Shown: piece after piece, positions 13,360 through 27,012 of the stretch
How positions within the stretch are numbered: position 1 is the stretch's first letter
Layout of the letters: every line of letters begins with the position of its first letter
From: Octopus bimaculoides
Lineage: Eukaryota
Direction of reading: 5' to 3'
Length of the DNA: 64,000 nt
Assembly: GCF_001194135.2 (NCBI RefSeq)
Contig: NC_068989.1
Coordinates: 53,850,207-53,914,206 of the forward strand
Position numbers and translations under genes: made by a program
The notes under the pieces: model-generated
What the model was told of the DNA's origin: nothing
Seen by the model: only the letters and a program-made list of their open reading frames with translations
Databases searched by the model: none

Positions 13360-13530
13360 TTGTAAATCGATTACATCCACCCCAGTGCTCAACTGGTACT
13401 TATTTTATCGACCCTGAAAATATGGAAGGCAAAGTCGACATCGGCGGAATTTGAGGTCAGAATATTGAAACGGACAAAATGTCGCTAATCACTTTGCCCG
13501 GCGTGCTAACGATTCTACCAACTCGCTACC
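13360..13530 (-). mobile_element. SINE (family A)
   Basis: atcgattacatccaccccagtgctcaactggtac...ggcaaagtcgacatcggcggaatttgaggtcagaa...cggcgtgctaacgattctaccaactcgc. Confidence 0.85.
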
Positions 13531-14630
13531 TTTCGCTACCTATTAATAGTACGGGTGATATATCTTCAAGAAATCGGGGCTTATCGTTTGGAAATATAAT
13601 ACAGGCTTCGAAAGTATTGTGCAGGAAGACATGAACGTCGTACAATCGCCATATCTATTTCTGATACGGTCATCAGTGGTTTTCGTCAGTATTGTCATAC
13701 TCATCAGCGCCGTGATGACGGCCCATAAGTAGACTCACAGCCATTTTCACACCATCTCCTGTGTCATCACTCTCCTCTTGTTATCTCTCTTCTCATTATT
13801 CAAAAACGCTCTTCTGATTCCCTTTCTTTCATTCTCGTCATCTTCCTATTCCTCCCGACTTCTCATCCATCCTGTTTCTCTATCGTTAATAACATTGGGA
13901 TCCCCTTCTCTATTCTAAGGCAACTAAAAATCGTTTATATCATATTTGCTATTAGGCTCACCATACGAAGATGTATTCTTTGGATCCCTAGACTTTATCC
14001 GAACTACCCGCCCATCCCACACACTCTAAAGTACAACACTCGCACTTTCACACACACACACACATACACACATACACACATACATACACATGCTCTCATC
14101 GAAACATATACAAAGAGGTGCGCATAAATAAATAGAGACGCGCAAATATATATATACACGCACACACATGCACATGCGATACACTCACACGCTCCATACC
14201 ACACCACACCACACTACACAACCATGTGTACATTGAAACACCTCAGGTTACTAACAAGACCCTAATTGTAGTTCGCCCTCTTGACACTTGCTTGGATCGA
14301 TCGTTTAAAAATAATTATATCCAATTTATTCCCGATAAGCTGTTTGTTTTCGCCTGGCTCCGGTTCCGACTCTCATCGATGGCAACTGTGGACATTAAAT
14401 CGACTCTCATCTCCTTACCCCACATACCTTCTTCCCTTCTTCCACTCACGATCATCATCGTCATCGTCATCGTCATCATCATCATCCTCGTCGTCGTCGT
14501 CGTCGTCGTCACCGTTGTCGTCACTGCCATCATCACATAATTAGCACCGGCACTGTCACCATTATCACAACCACCGCCATCCCCACCCTCACCAACACAA
14601 CCACCACCAGACTACTACTACTACTACTAC

Positions 14631-14714
<84 letters not shown>

Positions 14715-15170
14715 NNNNNNNNNNNNNNNNNNNNNNNNNNNNNNNNNNNNNNNNNNNNNNNNNNNNNNNNNNNNNNNNNNNNNNNNNNNNNNNNNNNNNN
14801 NNNNNNNNNNNNNNNNNNNNNNNNNNNNNNNNNNNNNNNNNNNNNNNNNNNNNNNNNNNNNNNNNNNNNNNNNNNNNNNNNNNNNNNNNNNNNNNNNNNN
14901 NNNNNNNNNNNNNNNNNNNNNNNNNNNNNNNNNNNNNNNNNNNNNNNNNNNNNNNNNNNNNNNNNNNNNNNNNNNNNNNNNNNNNNNNNCGTCATAATGA
15001 AACAATGAAACACCACCATCATCAGCACCATCACAATTATCATCAACATCAGCATCATTATTGTAATCATCGCACCCATCATCATCGTCATCGTCATCGT
15101 CATCGTCATCATCATCATCATCATCTTCCGCAGCAGAGGGGGTAAATTTGTCATTCTCCTCCTGCTCCTG

Positions 15171-15201
<31 letters not shown>

Positions 15202-15319
15202 CACTACTACTACTACTTTATGATGCTGTTCGTTCTTCCGTTCCTCTCACTCCCTCCCACTCTCCCTGTCACTCATTTCATTTCTATCTTGGTAATGAGT
15301 AATTCATTCACACCCTCTA

Positions 15320-15490
15320 CGTGTGTCTGTGGTCAGCCAGCAGCGGCGCTGAAGTTGACACAGGAGTTCAATAACAACGCTGCTAGGAGAAATCGGTAGC
15401 CGCCATTATGAAACGTGGGTCGTAGCAACGAGCGCCAAGTGTTTGCGTATTGGCTACAGTACTGTAAACAGCCAATCAACGTCTGATAAA
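15320..15490. promoter_or_regulatory. Candidate promoter/cis-element: CpG-rich island with inverted CCAAT boxes and a YY1-like motif
   Basis: Non-repetitive GC-rich stretch between simple repeats. It contains gccgccattat (YY1-like), attggct-acagtactgt-aaac-agccaatc (two opposed CCAAT boxes around a palindrome) and gataaa. Motif evidence only. Confidence 0.35.
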
Positions 15491-15905
15491 CAACTCTATT
15501 TTCATTTCACCAATCCTAACATAGATGTGTCAAAATTAATAATTATATAGAAAGAAAGAAAGAAATAAAGAAAGAAAAAAAGAAATTAACAAACAAATAT
15601 ACCCAAACACACCCCGTCACATGCATATGTGTAAATTTTTATCGTTTGTGCCCATTCCTAGCTCACTGACACACGCATAAAGACAACACAGATGTATGTA
15701 TGTGTATAAACACACACATATATATACATGTATATATACATACATACACACATTATATATGTGTATATATATATATATATATATGTATGTATATATACCT
15801 AAATATGCATCTATAGATATTGGTGTTATGCCTGTGTGTTGTGTGTGTACGTGTGTGTTGTGTTTTGTGTGTGGTGTGTGTGTGTGTGTGTTGTGTTTTG
15901 TGTGT

Positions 15906-15994
<89 letters not shown>

Positions 15995-16399
15995 AGGGTC
16001 AGTTTGCGTGTTTGTTCTTTCTATTGTCTGTGCAAAGAGATTGTCAATACATTGTCTGACGAGTTTCTGAGAGAGACCACGTGAAATCCAGCACGTGAAC
16101 TGGCAAATGGTAGTGAAGAAAGGAAATATTACTACGGTAACATCAAATAAGCCAAACTAGCAGCCATTTTAAGCATATTTATATAACCGTTCTTCAGCTT
16201 CGTTCTCATTATGTGAGTCTGTCAGCCTCTTGCTCTCTCTCTTTCACTTTTCTCTTCATATTTCCCTATCTTTCTCTATCAATGGCTGTCTTTCACTCTT
16301 TTTAGCTCACTCGCTGTCTCTCCATTTCTGTTATTTTCTCTAACATTTCCTACTTGTCAAACTTTCTCTATCACACTCTCCTTCTCACTTCTCTTTCTC

Positions 16400-16455
<56 letters not shown>

Positions 16456-16788
16456 CATAACCTATCTCTCCTCTCCACACATACAGACACACGCCGACTT
16501 ACTTACGTATATACATACAAATATACATGAGCACACGCAATTTCTTTTTCTCGCTTTTTTGGGGTGTCATCTTTGACATACCAATCTCTCTTCTACTCTT
16601 TTCTTTTCATCCTAAACTCTTTTCTCTTGAATTATCTCTTTGTCTCCGCCTATCTCTTAGTCTGTCAGTCTGCCTATCTTTAAATCACAGTTTCCTTCAC
16701 AGTAGTTAGCTCCTCGAATATGTGTGAGATTGTGTGAGTATATGTATGAATGTATGTATGTGTATATATATATATTTATGTGTGCATG

Positions 16789-16838
<50 letters not shown>

Positions 16839-16882
16839 AATCAATCTATCTGTCTCTCTCTCTTTCTCTCTCTCTTTCTCTT

Positions 16883-16914
<32 letters not shown>

Positions 16915-16964
16915 ATTAGAGGCATAAATATACAAACACACACATATATATCAATTGGTGTGTG

Positions 16965-17020
<56 letters not shown>

Positions 17021-17950
17021 TGTGTTTGTGTGTGTGTGTGTGTGTATGTGTGTGTGTGTGTGTGATCAAAGTATACTTCCGCAACGCCAAGTGAGAGGAA
17101 AAGAGACAATAAAAAAGGAGATAGAGAAAGCTAGAGAAACAAAAAGAATTATAGCAGACGACAAAGAAATGGCGAAAGGCGCTATTATTGACGTCTATGA
17201 AAGTGGAGGGGCGGCTTGTTTGGCAGCAACCGCCCCTCAAAAAAATCAATGTGTTTTCATCGCTACATCACCACATTACTGTATCAAACAGTGTCAAATA
17301 TTTTGGTTTGTAACCAAGAATATTTTGAAGACTTGGCACGAAACTTGGCAATGGTTCTTGGCTGCATCCAGCTGTGTGTAAGCTGCAAAGTTCCCGATCG
17401 GCAGCGTCGAAAGGAAATGTTTACAAATGGTTTATATACGCTACCGAAGGTCTTGAAGTGTTTATGTTTTCCTATCCAAGCATCGAAAACTTTCCATCAT
17501 TCTCCTCTGTTGTTCATTCCACGTTGGGAGTTATTTGTGTGAGGCGCAGCCACGACTACACGCGTGTAAACATGTTTGTCTTTATATGGGTGTGCGTTTA
17601 CACTCACATATTTATGTGTGTATCTGTGTATACATACACGCACACCCAAACGCATGCGCACACACACACACACACGAACGCACATACACACATATACACA
17701 CGCATATATATGCATACAAAATAAAAACCAAAACATGAGTCTATATATGATTCTCTTTTCTTTTTTTATTAATGATCAGCAAAATTTTCTGAGTGATACA
17801 GAGGCCGAGAGTTTCTTGCGTTGACACTTATCAACTAATAAGTCTCAACACACAAAACTCTCGGTTCTTGAGTCACTCAATAACCTCTGCCATTTGTTAA
17901 TAAATGCATGGGTGTGTGTAGGTGTGTGTGTGTGCGTGCGTGCGTGGTGT

Positions 17951-18044
<94 letters not shown>

Positions 18045-18219
18045 TTTGTGCATGCTGTGTACTCATATTAACAATTATATAAATAAATGGAAGTATCTGC
18101 TCATAGACGTATGTATATACATGTATTATTCACGCATGCATGGTCCCGCAGTTCCATCTAACTGGGAATATTAGGGTCTCATCAATTGTCTAGTATTCAA
18201 GATACTCTGCGTGATACCC

Positions 18220-18575
18220 TACTAGTTCAAAGCCTGGAACCTTATCTGATAGGTCCTGCCGATAAGTAAATCCACGCCCTGCTGCCGACGCTTCAATTTA
18301 TTGTGGTTAAGGTTTTGTCTGTCTCCTACCCTTTGACTTGTTTGGCCTGGTAAGACCTTCCTGAAGATTTCTTTCCGTCCAGCATAACTATCCGAGTCAA
18401 TGGAGCACACAGGCACTTCACTGCGACAAGGTACTTATTGAATTGGCCGTTGACTACACAGTAGTTCTTCCGCCCTTGGACGGGCGTTATCTTTCGTCCT
18501 GCGGGGTGTCCAACAATCACTCTCGTCACCAAGCAAGCTTGATGGGGTTGCCAGTTTAGTCGCCGGCGACTCGTA
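18220..18575 (-). mobile_element. Unassigned interspersed-repeat fragment, possibly a LINE 5' region
   Basis: About 50% GC island with no long ORF. The minus-strand gtcttaccaggccaaacaagtcaaagggtaggagacagacaaa resembles RTE-type 5' UTR text from memory only. Confidence 0.3.
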
Positions 18576-18743
18576 TACACATACATACATATACANNNNN
18601 NNNNNNNNNNNNNNNNNNNNNNNNNNNNNNNNNNNNNNNNNNNNNNNNNNNNNNNNNNNNNNNNNNNNNNNNNNNNNNNNNNNNNNNNNNNNNNNNNNNN
18701 NNNNNNNNNNNNNNNNNNNNNNNNNNNNNNNNNNNNNNNNNNN

Positions 18744-18779
<36 letters not shown>

Positions 18780-19699
18780 GTATATATATATGTGTGTGGG
18801 TGGGTGTGTTTTATTAATGTGCCAGACGCTAGTATTCGCTTGCCACTAGTGTTGGTACTATCGCTCTCATATTTGCATATATATATATATATATATATAT
18901 ACAGGAAAAGAAAGAGAGAGAGAGAGAGAGAGGGGGGAGAGAGAGAGAATGGTGGCAGGTGGGGTCAGTAGAATGGCACTTGGATAGAAGCTGAGGTTTT
19001 CTCTTCCTGAGGGTCATCTGCATGAGTGTACATGCTGGGAGACCCGAAATACCCAGCGATCTGACGATACAACACTGACGATGGCTGCAAGTATTATATC
19101 GCTAGATGCATGTAAAACTATTACGAGAAGGTTGTGTACATTCAAATGTGGAAAGATATTCATTGCAGTAGGGAAATATTCCTTATCAATAACGGGTGTG
19201 AAAACAATCCAAACTGAGCTATGATTGATACCATCAAACTACATATGTGTCTCTGTGTTGTTATGCTTTATCAACTACAAGCAGTAATAAATTCGTTGCA
19301 AATAGCCCACAACGAACAGCAAATAATAAATTTGCTGGTGTGTGCAAAGCGTTGTAATTCTGTTTGTATGATTTTGATTAATTTATGTCTGTAATTTTCA
19401 GAACATTTGTTGTAGCTTTTAAACACTCAGCATAGCTCTTTATATAAAGGAAAAATACTGCTATATATCATGAGGTAATCATGCTGCATTTGAAATGGGT
19501 ATATGAACAGCTGTAATATAATGTGAATATTTACTTATTATTAAAGTGGATTTGTTTTCAAATGTTTTCACTCCTAAGATCATTATGTACAATAATATAA
19601 TGCAGGATAATATTATCATATAATTAGCGACATTATGCTTTCCAAATTATCACATCATATCACGAATTTAATACATTTAAGCAGTTCGTTTCACAAGAA

Positions 19700-19820
19700 C
19701 ATCTGGTTTTTTGCTACTGCGTGGTACCTTCGGCAAGTTTCTTCTACTGTATCCCCAGAGAGACCAATACAAATGTGAATGAATTTGGTAGTTGGAAACT
19801 GCGTATAAAACCGTTGTATA
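19700..19820 (+). mobile_element. Decayed 5' part of a family B SINE
   Basis: actgcgtggtaccttcggcaagtttcttctactgt...gtgaatgaatttggtagttggaaactg matches 33063-33150. Confidence 0.7.
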
Positions 19821-20572
19821 TGCTTGCATACCTAATACATGCATATATGTCGGCGAATTAAGTAAAAACACAACATTAGGCTACGAATATCATCGGGCCG
19901 CAGAACGCACGGGTTTCTGCGTCGTTAGCTTTCATCAGTTAAGGACGCCAAATTAGTTGTTCACAGAAACGCATATAGTGGAATCAAAGGTGTGGGGTGA
20001 GAAGAAAAACAGCAGAGGTCTCGTTAAAAAAATGTTCCGTTAAAAAAAAGGAAAAGACAAACACAGAAAGCCATAAAATATTCGAATATTAAACAAAATA
20101 TGTGGATTAGATTCTACATAGGCCTTTGGGGGATGTGGGCTTAGTGAAGAATATATGAACACGAAAGATGTGGTTAATAGACCAGAAAGCTCAAACTAAC
20201 CGAGCAATAAGTACCTCATCCCATAAACATACACGTGTAAATTAATTCTGTACGGGTGTATTTTGAAAGATTTTTTTTCTCCTTTCTAGTAATTTATTTT
20301 TCAGTCTTCCTTGAGCAGTTTTTATGGAAATCTTTTGGAAATTTCATCACATATTTACAAACCATTCCACTGTTAAACTAGCTTTTAACTCTTTACTGAC
20401 TAGATTTGCAATAAAAAAATTCATATCTTATATGCTTTATATTCAATTTGAATATCGTAAAGTGTTTGGATAGGAATTTGCAATAGAATTAATATTTTCT
20501 TTTGATTATTAAGTTGAGTATAGTAACACACGAAGGAGTGATGAAAAGTTCATGGCTTTGGGTAAAAGAAGA

Positions 20573-20735
20573 TACAGAGGGATCAGTTAATCATGACTTT
20601 ACTCAGCATATTCCCCTTTCAGATTCGCACACTTATTGCAGCGGTCCTTCAGTTTTCCGAAGTCCTGTAAAAGAACTGACATTTGGACCTCCAACCAGGC
20701 CTTTCGCAACATCCTTAAAGCCAGGAAATTTTCAG
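20573..20735 (-). mobile_element. Mariner/Tc1 transposase C-terminal remnant with right terminus
   Basis: Minus strand AWLEVQMSVLLQDFGKLKDRCNKCANLKGEYAE* (stop 20599-20601) fits the mariner end ..W...Q...FY..GI.KL..RW.KC....GEY.E*. It is followed by a TIR-like end ttaactgatccctctgTA. Confidence 0.6.
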
Positions 20736-21166
20736 CACCTTCTCGGAATTGAAGAAAAACTTTTAACATAAAATTACATTGAAGATAGTCTCCAGTTTTG
20801 TAACTTCAAGCGAGTAAACTACAATTAAGCAGTTTTAAAACTGATTGAAAACCGTTCTTCAAAAGCATTGTCACTGATCTGTTTTCAGTTATTTTATAAA
20901 GATGCCCTTTGTGTAATTTTTGTGATAACGAGATAATAAGTGAGACTCTACGTAGTGTCTTGAACATCTAGAATAAACTGCAGATTGCATGCTCTCAAAT
21001 AAAACACTACCTTGGTACAAGATTAAAAATAAAGAAGGGAGCTAGAAGGAAATATTGGACGATATACTGCGAGATGTACAATATTTGAAAGAAAAAATTG
21101 AAAAGAGAATGGCGACGGCTGGTACACCTTCAGTAATAATCTGCTTAATAAGTATCGACCTGGGGC

Positions 21167-21185
21167 TAATAATAATAAGAATAAT

Positions 21186-21275
<90 letters not shown>

Positions 21276-21373
21276 AAGAAGAAGAAGAAGAAGAAGAAGA
21301 AGAAGAAGAAGAAGAAGAAGAAGAAGAAGAAGAAGAAGAAGAAGAAGAAGAAGAAGAAGAAGAAGAAGAAGAA
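21167..21373. repeat. Compound (AAT)n-(AAG)n microsatellite
   Basis: Direct reading. It produces the poly-I/R/F/L/S/Y ORFs in the track. Confidence 0.95.
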
Positions 21374-23419
21374 GGCAACAGCTGGTGTTGTTACTTTCAA
21401 CTGAAACATTAATGTTTCGAAGAAAAGGCAACCTGTGAGCATGCACCGTATTTGCAGGCGGATAAAACGCATAACGCATATCTATTTTACAAGTATATTT
21501 TATGGACAAAAAAAAAAAAAAAATCTCGTAGGTTTCATCATATACATATACAAAAATATTTTAAAGGGCTTCTGTAGAAGAAAATGTATTATTCTGTGTA
21601 TGTAGGTACAATATTTTGAGAACATACTGGAATAAAGAAATTATAAAGTTTTCATAAATAAACTATGTTTTATCGGAGTTCCGTATTTCAACTCAGTGCA
21701 TTTTCTTTTTTTTTCAGATCACTTATATGGTTTTTATAGTTTGGCTAAAAGAATTGTCATACAGGATGCAAAGCTCGTATTTCTGGCTGTAGTGTTTGGT
21801 GTAACAGCCATCGTCCACCAGGGTGGTGCACCACGGCTATGATTTTCCTGTCATCCACTCGCTGCAAAAAGTTGATAAGCGGATTTGAATTGCAATTCCT
21901 TAAATCTTTCTTGGACATTTTTAAAATTTAGGAATAAAAACAGATGTTTCTGAAATGTATCACAGTCATTCAAAGTCAGGCGTGCGGCACGGTTGCTGGA
22001 ACCTCCGCATTTACTACCAACGTACTGTAAGTGACTTTTCATGAACTTGTGGTAATAGGTTCTGATTAATTGGCTTCTTTTGAATATTCTACTCCGTATG
22101 TAACCTCTCATTATTCTGACCCAACAAAATCAAGTACATTTTCTCAGTTCTTTCCACTAACCGACAGCTGCTGCATAACTAGTGTAGGTCCCTGTGACGA
22201 CATCAATTTCGCAACTCTTATTCACTTTAATAAACACTCACTAGAAATGAGATAAGAAAACTTCGCTACAACACTATACCGAAAACTATCTGTTGTCGTC
22301 GCTGAAAGAACAACGAAAAAATGGAACAAAAATATTAGCAAGATGCTGAAAGATGTTTCTGTAAGAACTACATTAACTTGTTAAAGGAAATTGTATTCTG
22401 TTTTACCTCACAAAAGTGGATTGTAGAATTTCAAACCGATCAGTGATTAGCCATCAAGTTTAAGTAATAATGTATCACATATGAAAATATCGTCAAATAC
22501 ATTCAATACATTCACACCTTCAAAAAAAAAAAAACCAGAAAAAGACTGAGAAGTACTATAAAGAAAAGCATATGAATTTGGTTTAACGTCAAAGGAGAAA
22601 TGAGTATTTTGAATTAGATGTATGAAAACGTAGTTAAAATGGAATGTAAAGAACTCAGCATCGCCAGAAACAAGTAAACCGTGCGGGTCGAAATTTACTC
22701 TTCAAAGAAAACTGTATATAGTTAAAATGGACATGAAAAGAACACGCTGGTATACTACACGCATATTATGTATGCTACACTCTATTATGTAGCTACACTC
22801 TATCCTTAGGAGACTCAGAAAATTTATAAGCAAAACTACATATATATATAATATAGAAAATAGCACTACTAGACACTATATACATAATACAAGACTTCAA
22901 CTCAGTGGTGAAAGAGGAAGAAAATAAAACACTGTGCCTATCCTATGCGTGCAGAGATGTTAGGTAGTGCAGTGAAAGCAGAAAAATATAAATGATACTA
23001 ATAAAATAATAAAAATAAGTTAATGTTCTGTGGAGAACAGTAATTTCTAGAATTTCATTCAGTGAAGTATGAAAGTTCAAGGATACGATGTAGGATACGA
23101 AGTATCCATTCTCAAAACGTCTGTTTCCATCTTGTCAGAAGGCCTATAGCCACCCACGCCCCGCTTTTCTCTTTTTACTATAATCCTCCATTTCCATTGT
23201 TGCAAGTGTGAATGTGTGTGTATGCATATGTGTATGTGTGTGTGTATGTGTGTGTGTGTGCGTGCGTACTGATTTGATTGCTTGTGGGTCTAGAGGGGAT
23301 GAACAACTAGAGGGGGCAGTGTATATAGATACAGAAGGAGGAGTAATGGAGTCGAGGAGTAGTATGATGAATGCTATTGGTAGTGGTTTTAATACGGAAA
23401 AACTGGTAAAAAAACAACG

Positions 23420-23471
<52 letters not shown>

Positions 23472-23826
23472 CATGTGTGGGTCTCTGTGTGTGCATGCAT
23501 GTATGTATGTATGTATGTATGTATGTATGTATGCTTGTATGTATGGTGTTTTAAAGAGATTTCTGTTGAAAGGAAAAAAACAACAACAACGATTTAGCTT
23601 TTAAAAAATAAATCTCAGGGATATAAAATAAAATAAAAACAACAACTAACAAATCTTGTAATTGCAACCAGATTAATTTTATGCAAATTACGAGATGTAT
23701 AAGATTAGAAGCTGGTTATATTTCTGTTACATTTTGTCACGTTAGTTAAATGGAATGAAGTGAATGTCTACCAAGTGTTCGTTTGTTCATTTTGAATTAT
23801 ATATTTTCATGTTTAAATTACAGGGC

Positions 23827-23858
<32 letters not shown>

Positions 23859-23899
23859 ATATATAATCCCCCAAAAGAGAAGAACAAGCATGAAAAAAC

Positions 23900-24058
23900 A
23901 ACAACGCGGGGACGTGGTACATGTAATGTATTAGCAGGCACTCAGGAAAGGAAAGAAAGATGGCTTAACGTTTCGAGCAAAGCTCTTCTTCGGGAATAGA
24001 GAGAAGTCCAAAAGAAGGGAAGACGGAGGAAGAAAATCGCCAACGACTCACATGTGGT

Positions 24059-24060
<2 letters not shown>
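23900..24060 (-). mobile_element. Solo PLE-type terminal repeat with hammerhead-like motif (copy 2; core 23967-23993)
   Basis: Minus strand: CCGAAGA-A-GAGC(UUU)GCUC-GAAA-CGU-U (U4->C, stem I lost). It is followed by cctgagtgcctgctaatac, similar to cccgagcgttaaactaatac after copy 1. Confidence 0.6.
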
Positions 24061-24113
<53 letters not shown>

Positions 24114-24269
24114 ACACACATATATGTATCACATATATATATATTATATATATATATGTATATATATACATATACATGTATATATATATATAAATACATA
24201 TATATATATAAACACACATATATACATACTCACACATATATGTGTGTGTATGTGTGTGTGTGTGTATGT

Positions 24270-24505
24270 GGGATGTAAACAAACAAATACCGGTTGCCAA
24301 GTGGTGGTGAGCGACAAAGACACAAAGGCACACGCATATCGATTTATATATATATTTATATATATAAAGTTTCTGTCTACAAAATCGATTCATAAGTCTT
24401 TGGTTGGCCCAATGAAGACGCTTAGCTAAAGTTCCACGCAGTGGGACTGAACCTTGAACCATATTGTTGAGAATCAAGCTTCTTGCCACACAGCCATGCC
24501 TGCAC
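24270..24505 (-). mobile_element. SINE (family B)
   Basis: Minus-strand head gcaggcatggctgtgtggcaagaagc...ggttcagtcccactgcgtgg, internal (TA)n, and 3' part ggcaaccggtatttg...tttacatcc. Confidence 0.75.
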
Positions 24506-24551
24506 TTATACATACATACACACACGCACACACACACGCACACACACACAC

Positions 24552-24602
<51 letters not shown>

Positions 24603-25237
24603 AATTCGGTATGTGATGCGTTCCATTACTTAATAAATGAAAAAATGTATGGTAATTAAATAAACAAATGACATTATGCATACTGAGTGTACAAGCAGAC
24701 GGGAGACAGACTCAGAAGGTCTCTAATTCTTCATGAGTTATCAACCAATTGGTAATACTCAGTTTCGCACGAAGAATTAGGGGCTTTCTGTGTCTCTCTC
24801 CCTTCCGGTTGTACACTCAGTATACGTTATGTCATTTGTTGATTTACCATACATTTTTTTCATTTATTATATATATATAAATGGACATTCGATCTGTATG
24901 AATGAGCAATCAAATCCTTCTCGAGTCACATATAATACTACGAATGAGTATGGCCATGAGCCATTGCCTAGTCCTAGAAATACTATGCATTAAAAAATAT
25001 GTGTTCTTCTGTGTTGATATGAGACCAATCATAACAACCATTTTGATACCAACACATGGTATATATTTGCATCTAGGTATACTGGGTCATATATATTTAG
25101 TGTTTTAGTGAAGGTCTACTAGCAACTATTAAACCTTATTTAGCTCTTTCCATATCCTAAATACGATATGGAGTCTATTTTTTTCTTGGAAACGTCTTCG
25201 ATATCTCTTGAGCATCGATATTTCGTATTGCTTTAAG

Positions 25238-25650
25238 ACGGCGAGCTGACAGAATCATTATCGCACCGGATAAGATACTTAGCTACAGTTCTTATGACTT
25301 TAAGTTCTGAGTTCAAATGCCACCGGGATAGACTTTGCCGTTTATTCTTTCGTACCGATAAAATAAGTACCAGTTGAGTACTGGTGTTGATGAAATCGAC
25401 TTGTCTTCTCCTCCGAAATTTCTGGCCTTGTGCCTAAATTTGAGATCAATATTTCCTATTGCTTTAAGGATGTGAGCTGGCAGAATCGTTATGGTGTTGG
25501 ACAAAACGGTTAGCAACACCTTTACGGACTTTTCCCATTCTGAGTAGAAATGTCACCAAGATCCACTTCGCATTTCGTCTTTCTGTTCAATAGTGGAATC
25601 GATGTACTCTACTTTCTCCACTTACAGAATTACTAGCTTTGTACCGAAAC
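25238..25650 (+). mobile_element. Head-to-tail pair of family A SINEs, each preceded by the same 20-bp flank
   Basis: atatttc(g/c)tattgctttaag at 25238-25257 and 25449-25468, each followed by a (g)gcgagctg(a/g)cagaatc-type head. Confidence 0.75.
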
Positions 25651-25732
25651 GTAAAAAGATTATGTCACATTCTCTGACGTTGATTTAAATCCCTTTAGTT
25701 AAATTTTTGGTTTAATATCATTTAATTTTTGT

Positions 25733-25970
25733 GGAGGCGCATGGCTTAGTGGTCAAGGTGTTGGACTCATGGTCCTAAAATTGTGGTTTCGAATCTGGGA
25801 TCGGGCAATGCGTTGTGTTCTTGAGCAGAACACGTCATTTGACGTTAATCAAATCTACTCAGCTGATAAGAATGAGTAATCCTATGACGAACCGGCGTCC
25901 CGTCCAAGGAGAAATATATACGCTAGTGAAACCGGGCAACCGGCCTTGTGCTCCTTGCGGAGTAATATGG
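25733..25970 (+). mobile_element. tRNA-derived SINE (head shared with families C/D)
   Basis: ggaggcgcatggcttagtggtcaaggtgttggactc...ggtttcgaatc has A/B boxes, then gtgttcttgagcagaacac as in related copies. Confidence 0.7.
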
Positions 25971-26953
25971 GCTAGCCATTATTTCATGTTATTCATTTCA
26001 TATCCAAGAGGTCCATCTAAAGGTTTAGTAAACCAAAGCGTTCCTCAACAAGAAAGTTATGAAAAGCTTTAATTCTCCGATTCAAGACATGTAACATCTT
26101 TTCTGTTCCATTCCGGATGCGAACTACTTTTCTCTAGCGTCATTCGACTGATTACATTAGATTTATTTAGTATGTGGCGTAGGAATATGTCTTTACATTA
26201 CGTCACTTGTAAAGGGGTAAGGCTTTTTGTTATTGTCGTCTCCTTGCGATTGTGCGATGGTTTAATAGTTTTTTTTTATATATTCTTAGTGGTTGTTGCT
26301 GTTCTTGATTTGTCTCTCATCCGTTGAGCAGCTTTGGGATTTGTTCGGCATTATAGTAATTGCATATCCAGATTTCTGCGTATGTATGTGGATATATATG
26401 AGTGTGTTTTTGTATGCATATATGTGAGTGTGTGTGTATATGCACACATATACATGTGTGTATGTGTGTGTGTGTGTGTATACGTGATATCTATGAATGT
26501 GTGTGATTTGTGTGCGTGTATGTGTATGCGTGCGTATCTGTTTCTTTTCTCACTCTCTCTTTCACTTAAAACAAACACACACACAGACGTGAACGTATTC
26601 TCATGTGCGCCTGCGTTCGGTGGTTCAAAGTCGTAATAGAAATACTTAGGCCAGTCTCCCAACATCGAGCATAGAACTCAGATGTGCTTGTTCGCACCTC
26701 CCTACAATATCACTTTTGTAATACAGGTCAGCTTCACATTTCTTCCAACTCTGTCAACATGTGAGTACGCTCATATATGTGCGCATACATGTGTAGCATC
26801 ACTTCTATATACACAGATATATATATTAATACACTCACATATAAATACACGTATATATATATATATATATATNNNNNNNNNNNNNNNNNNNNNNNNNNNN
26901 NNNNNNNNNNNNNNNNNNNNNNNNNNNNNNNNNNNNNNNNNNNNNNNNNNNNN

Positions 26954-27012
<59 letters not shown>

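Noticed and set aside
13660-13715. Minus-strand ctgatgagtatgacaatactgacgaaaac as a hammerhead
   Set aside because: Four extra nucleotides separate stem II from GAAA, and no stem I or III can be formed.
14315-14540. Acidic/low-complexity minus-strand frame ending at a phase-1 GTGAGT donor (about 14449) as Pitx exon
   Set aside because: There is an in-frame stop three codons upstream of the D-run, no acceptor or Met, and the sequence is a simple trinucleotide repeat.
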